Source: an uncultured Lachnospiraceae bacterium (lineage in GTDB: Bacteria > Bacillota > Clostridia > Lachnospirales > Lachnospiraceae). Taken from it: a stretch of 64,000 bases of DNA. The stretch spans positions 28,919 to 92,918 of the forward strand of contig CAMWXB010000003.1 in assembly GCA_947178125.1 (NCBI GenBank), read 5' to 3'. A program made the translations under genes and the position numbers. Position 1 is the first letter of the stretch. Every line of letters begins with the position of its first letter. The notes beneath the pieces were generated by a model. The model searched no databases, was not told the DNA's origin, and worked only from the letters and a program-made list of their open reading frames with translations. Of the stretch, positions 61,661-64,000 are shown piece by piece.

Positions 61661-62908
61661 ATGCTTAATATGAAAGTTTTTTTCTGGGGAATTGGTAAAA
61701 GATGCGAGAAAGCGCTTGATAGTTTTGTTGGAGAAGATTCGGAAATAGCTGGATTTATTGATAATAATCCCGAATATAAAGAAAAGAGATATCAGGGTAA
61801 ATCTATATATGCTTTTCATGATGTAATTGAACAGGAATTTGACTATATTGTGGTTACAATACAGAAATATAATGCAATTTTGTATCAAATTTCCAAGAGT
61901 GGTATAAGTTCGGACAGAGTAATCTGTTATTTCAGACCGGAAGACTGCGATAAGAAATATGATTCTATTTTTGATATACAAAAATGGAGAATAAATTTGT
62001 TGGAAGAAAGAGTAGAGCAACTAGAGTATTTGTTCAATATTAGATTTAATAATATTGGATATGAAGTAGCAGATAAAATTGAAAAAGAGAAGTATTGGTT
62101 TCCGACTATACTAGATGGTGAAGATGCAGTCGAACGGATAGTTGAAGAAGGATGTTCACTTGTACGTTTTGGGGATGGGGAATTTGGAATAATATCAAGG
62201 AAGAATCATCCTTGTTATCAGGACTATAATGATGTTTTGGCTGAACGTCTAAAACAGGTATTACAATCTAATGATGAAAAAATTATAGTTGCGATAGCAA
62301 GGAATTATGGAGATTTGGACATATATATTGAAGAAACAGCAGATGGAATCCGAAATTATATGACACAGAAAACCAGAGAACTACATAATTCATTGTTGAA
62401 AAAGGATAAAATATATTATGATGCATATCTTTTTAAAAGTTATTTCCCTTATCGAGATAAGGAGAATACAAAGAAACGTGTTGATATGATAAAACGTATA
62501 TGGAATGACAGGGATGTAGTAATAATAGAAGGCGACAAAACGAGAACCGGATATGATAATGACCTTATGGATAATGTGAAGTCATTGCATAGAATTTTAT
62601 GCCCTACACAGCATGCGTTTGCTTCTTATGATGCTATTTTAGAAGCTTCGCAGCAAGTCAATAAAGATAGTCTGATTTTGGTAGTTTTAGGACCTGCGGC
62701 TAAACCTTTAGTATATGATTTGGCGAAGAAAGGATATCAGGCAATTGATTTAGGGCAGATTGATATGGATTATGAGTGGTATAAGGCAGGTGTCGGACTT
62801 AAAGTTCCAAACCCGCGTAAATATGTTTCGCAGCTGCCGCCGGCTGAAGTTATAGAGATTGAGGACGAGAATTATGCAAAACAGGTAATTGCAAGGGTTG
62901 GCGTATAA
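61661..62908 (+). CDS. PglD_N-like module fused to a GT-D-type (DUF1792-like) glycosyltransferase domain
   Basis: N-terminus VFFWGIGKRCEKAL...GFIDNN. SLVRFGDGEFGIIS and the later IIEGDKTRTG...VLGPAAKPLVYDLAKKGYQAIDLG resemble the SP_1767/DUF1792 family. Confidence 0.55.
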   Translation: MLNMKVFFWGIGKRCEKALDSFVGEDSEIAGFIDNNPEYKEKRYQGKSIYAFHDVIEQEFDYIVVTIQKYNAILYQISKSGISSDRVICYFRPEDCDKKYDSIFDIQKWRINLLEERVEQLEYLFNIRFNNIGYEVADKIEKEKYWFPTILDGEDAVERIVEEGCSLVRFGDGEFGIISRKNHPCYQDYNDVLAERLKQVLQSNDEKIIVAIARNYGDLDIYIEETADGIRNYMTQKTRELHNSLLKKDKIYYDAYLFKSYFPYRDKENTKKRVDMIKRIWNDRDVVIIEGDKTRTGYDNDLMDNVKSLHRILCPTQHAFASYDAILEASQQVNKDSLILVVLGPAAKPLVYDLAKKGYQAIDLGQIDMDYEWYKAGVGLKVPNPRKYVSQLPPAEVIEIEDENYAKQVIARVGV

Positions 62909-62924
62909 TTGATTATATGAAGGA

Positions 62925-64000
62925 ATGATGAAGCAATTGAATCAATATAAATTGAAAAGACTGGCTATATTTGTAATGTATGATAAGGAAGGTATTGTAG
63001 ATGACTATATTACCTTTCTTTTGCGTAGTTTGAAGGTACATATTTCTGAATTAGTCATTGTATGCAATGGAACTGTTTTAGAGGAGGAACGATATAAGCT
63101 GGAGCAGTTTACCCATCAGATTATTGTGCGGGAAAATAATGGTTTTGATATTATGGCATGGAGAAGCGTTATATTGGAATATCTGTTGCATGGTAAATTG
63201 CAGTTTTATGATGAAGTGATTATATTGAACGATTCTTTTTATGGACCAGTGTATTCATTTCAAGATATGTTTCAAAAAATGGATAATGAAAATATAGATT
63301 TTTGGGGGATTACCAGACATCCTGAAAGTTATGATGCGGTTAGAGGCTGTATTCCGGAACATATACAAAGTTTTTTTGTGGCAATTCGTAAGAGGATGTT
63401 CGTGAATACTGATTTTTTCAGTTTCTGGGATAAATTAGATTTGTCAAACAAGGGGCTTCTTGATGCAATAATGGAGTTTGAATTGAGGTTTACGGAGTAT
63501 TTTTCTCAATTAGGTTATTGCTGGGATGTATATACGAAAACAGAGGACTTAGATTCGCCTGTTGATAATACATTGAATTTTAACCCGTATTATCTGACTC
63601 CATTGGAATTGGTAAAAGAATATAAGTGTCCAATTATTAAAAAGAAAGCGTTAATTGATGAAAATTTACAGGCGGTTGCGGGAGAAGAAGCGGAAAGGTT
63701 AATTGAATTTCTTCAGAATCATACAGAATATGATACGAAACTGATATGGGATAATTTGATTCGGATAATAGAAAAGGACAAGTTATATCAGGCCTTTCAT
63801 ATGAATTATGTGCTTTCTGGAAGTAGTGATGCGCCTCTTCCTCAGAAGAGTAAAATAGTTTTATTTATACGGGGAGATATTCATCAGATTGAGGAAGAAT
63901 TTATCTGGCTGAATCAAAGTATCATGAAATATGAGGTGAAAACGAAAGAACTCATCTTTGGCAATATAGAAGAAGTTGATTATATTGGAATGATAGATAT
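62925..64000 (+). CDS. rhamnan-synthesis protein F (RgpF)-like glycosyltransferase, partial (runs off the window)
   Basis: This open-ended frame is not in the ORF track. My own translation reads MMKQLNQYKLKRLAIFVMYDKEGIVDDYITFLLRSL...VCNG...ENNGFDIMAWR...ILNDSFYGP...DFWGIT...IQSFFVAIRKRM, the typical RgpF family pattern. Confidence 0.6.
   Translation, partial: MMKQLNQYKLKRLAIFVMYDKEGIVDDYITFLLRSLKVHISELVIVCNGTVLEEERYKLEQFTHQIIVRENNGFDIMAWRSVILEYLLHGKLQFYDEVIILNDSFYGPVYSFQDMFQKMDNENIDFWGITRHPESYDAVRGCIPEHIQSFFVAIRKRMFVNTDFFSFWDKLDLSNKGLLDAIMEFELRFTEYFSQLGYCWDVYTKTEDLDSPVDNTLNFNPYYLTPLELVKEYKCPIIKKKALIDENLQAVAGEEAERLIEFLQNHTEYDTKLIWDNLIRIIEKDKLYQAFHMNYVLSGSSDAPLPQKSKIVLFIRGDIHQIEEEFIWLNQSIMKYEVKTKELIFGNIEEVDYIGMID

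Noticed and set aside
1-64000. A search for CRISPR arrays, rRNA or tRNA genes, transposases, integrases, prophage genes and known defence-system genes
   Set aside because: I recognised none. The only repeats are the 90-nt dispersed element, the 18-nt leader repeats and protein-level paralogy. The GC-shift boundary at about 29.7 kb has no flanking integrase or tRNA in this window.

Overview
The window looks like a chromosomal segment from a Clostridia (Lachnospiraceae-like) bacterium, judged from the flagellin N-terminus MVVQHNITAMNSNRMLG and the fliW-csrA pairing. It reads in order as follows. (1) 1-2.4 kb holds rhamnose/pectin-utilisation genes: a partial GH105 hydrolase, rhaM and a TIM-barrel isomerase. 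(2) 2.6-5.6 kb holds three signalling genes: a hybrid histidine kinase, a short LytS/YesM-type kinase core and a response regulator. (3) 5.7-22.1 kb holds the late flagellar regulon: flgM-flgN-flgK-flgK2-flgL-fliW-csrA, then three inserted glycosyltransferase genes, then flaG-fliD-fliS-orf-fliC. It has three clear sigma-28 type promoters and a CsrA-type GGA hairpin in the fliC leader. (4) 22.3-29.7 kb is glycosylation block 1: three tandem GT2-TPR paralogs, a GT2, a CgeB-like transferase and twin IspD/TarI-like cytidylyltransferases. (5) 30.2-64 kb is a visibly more AT-rich array of 31 co-directional plus-strand genes behind a fourth sigma-28-like promoter. The most interesting content is in this last array. 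A complete sulfate importer (cysP-cysT-cysW-cysA), PAP phosphatase (cysQ) and PAPS synthesis genes (cysD, cysN/C) are translationally coupled to a sulfotransferase-motif protein, and a second sulfotransferase lies downstream. No reductive sulfur-assimilation genes are present in the window. The same array carries a carbamoyltransferase, several methyltransferases, an AsnB-type amidotransferase, a DegT aminotransferase, a frameshifted radical SAM/SPASM gene and many glycosyltransferases. No Wzx/Wzy/ABC-type polysaccharide export genes are present. This fits a cytoplasmic glycosylation pathway, probably acting on flagellin, that makes a sulfated and heavily decorated glycan. Other notable signals are listed below.
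- A PglD_N-like Rossmann module recurs at least 12 times, fused to unrelated catalytic domains.
- A roughly 90-nt two-hairpin dispersed repeat occurs 4 times, once in frame inside a CDS.
- A T9 tract disrupts the radical SAM gene.
- A structured 137-nt intergenic palindrome lies between two minus-strand transferase genes.
No rRNA, tRNA, CRISPR array, transposase or integrase was recognised. All functional calls come from reading the translations by eye, because no searches could be run.
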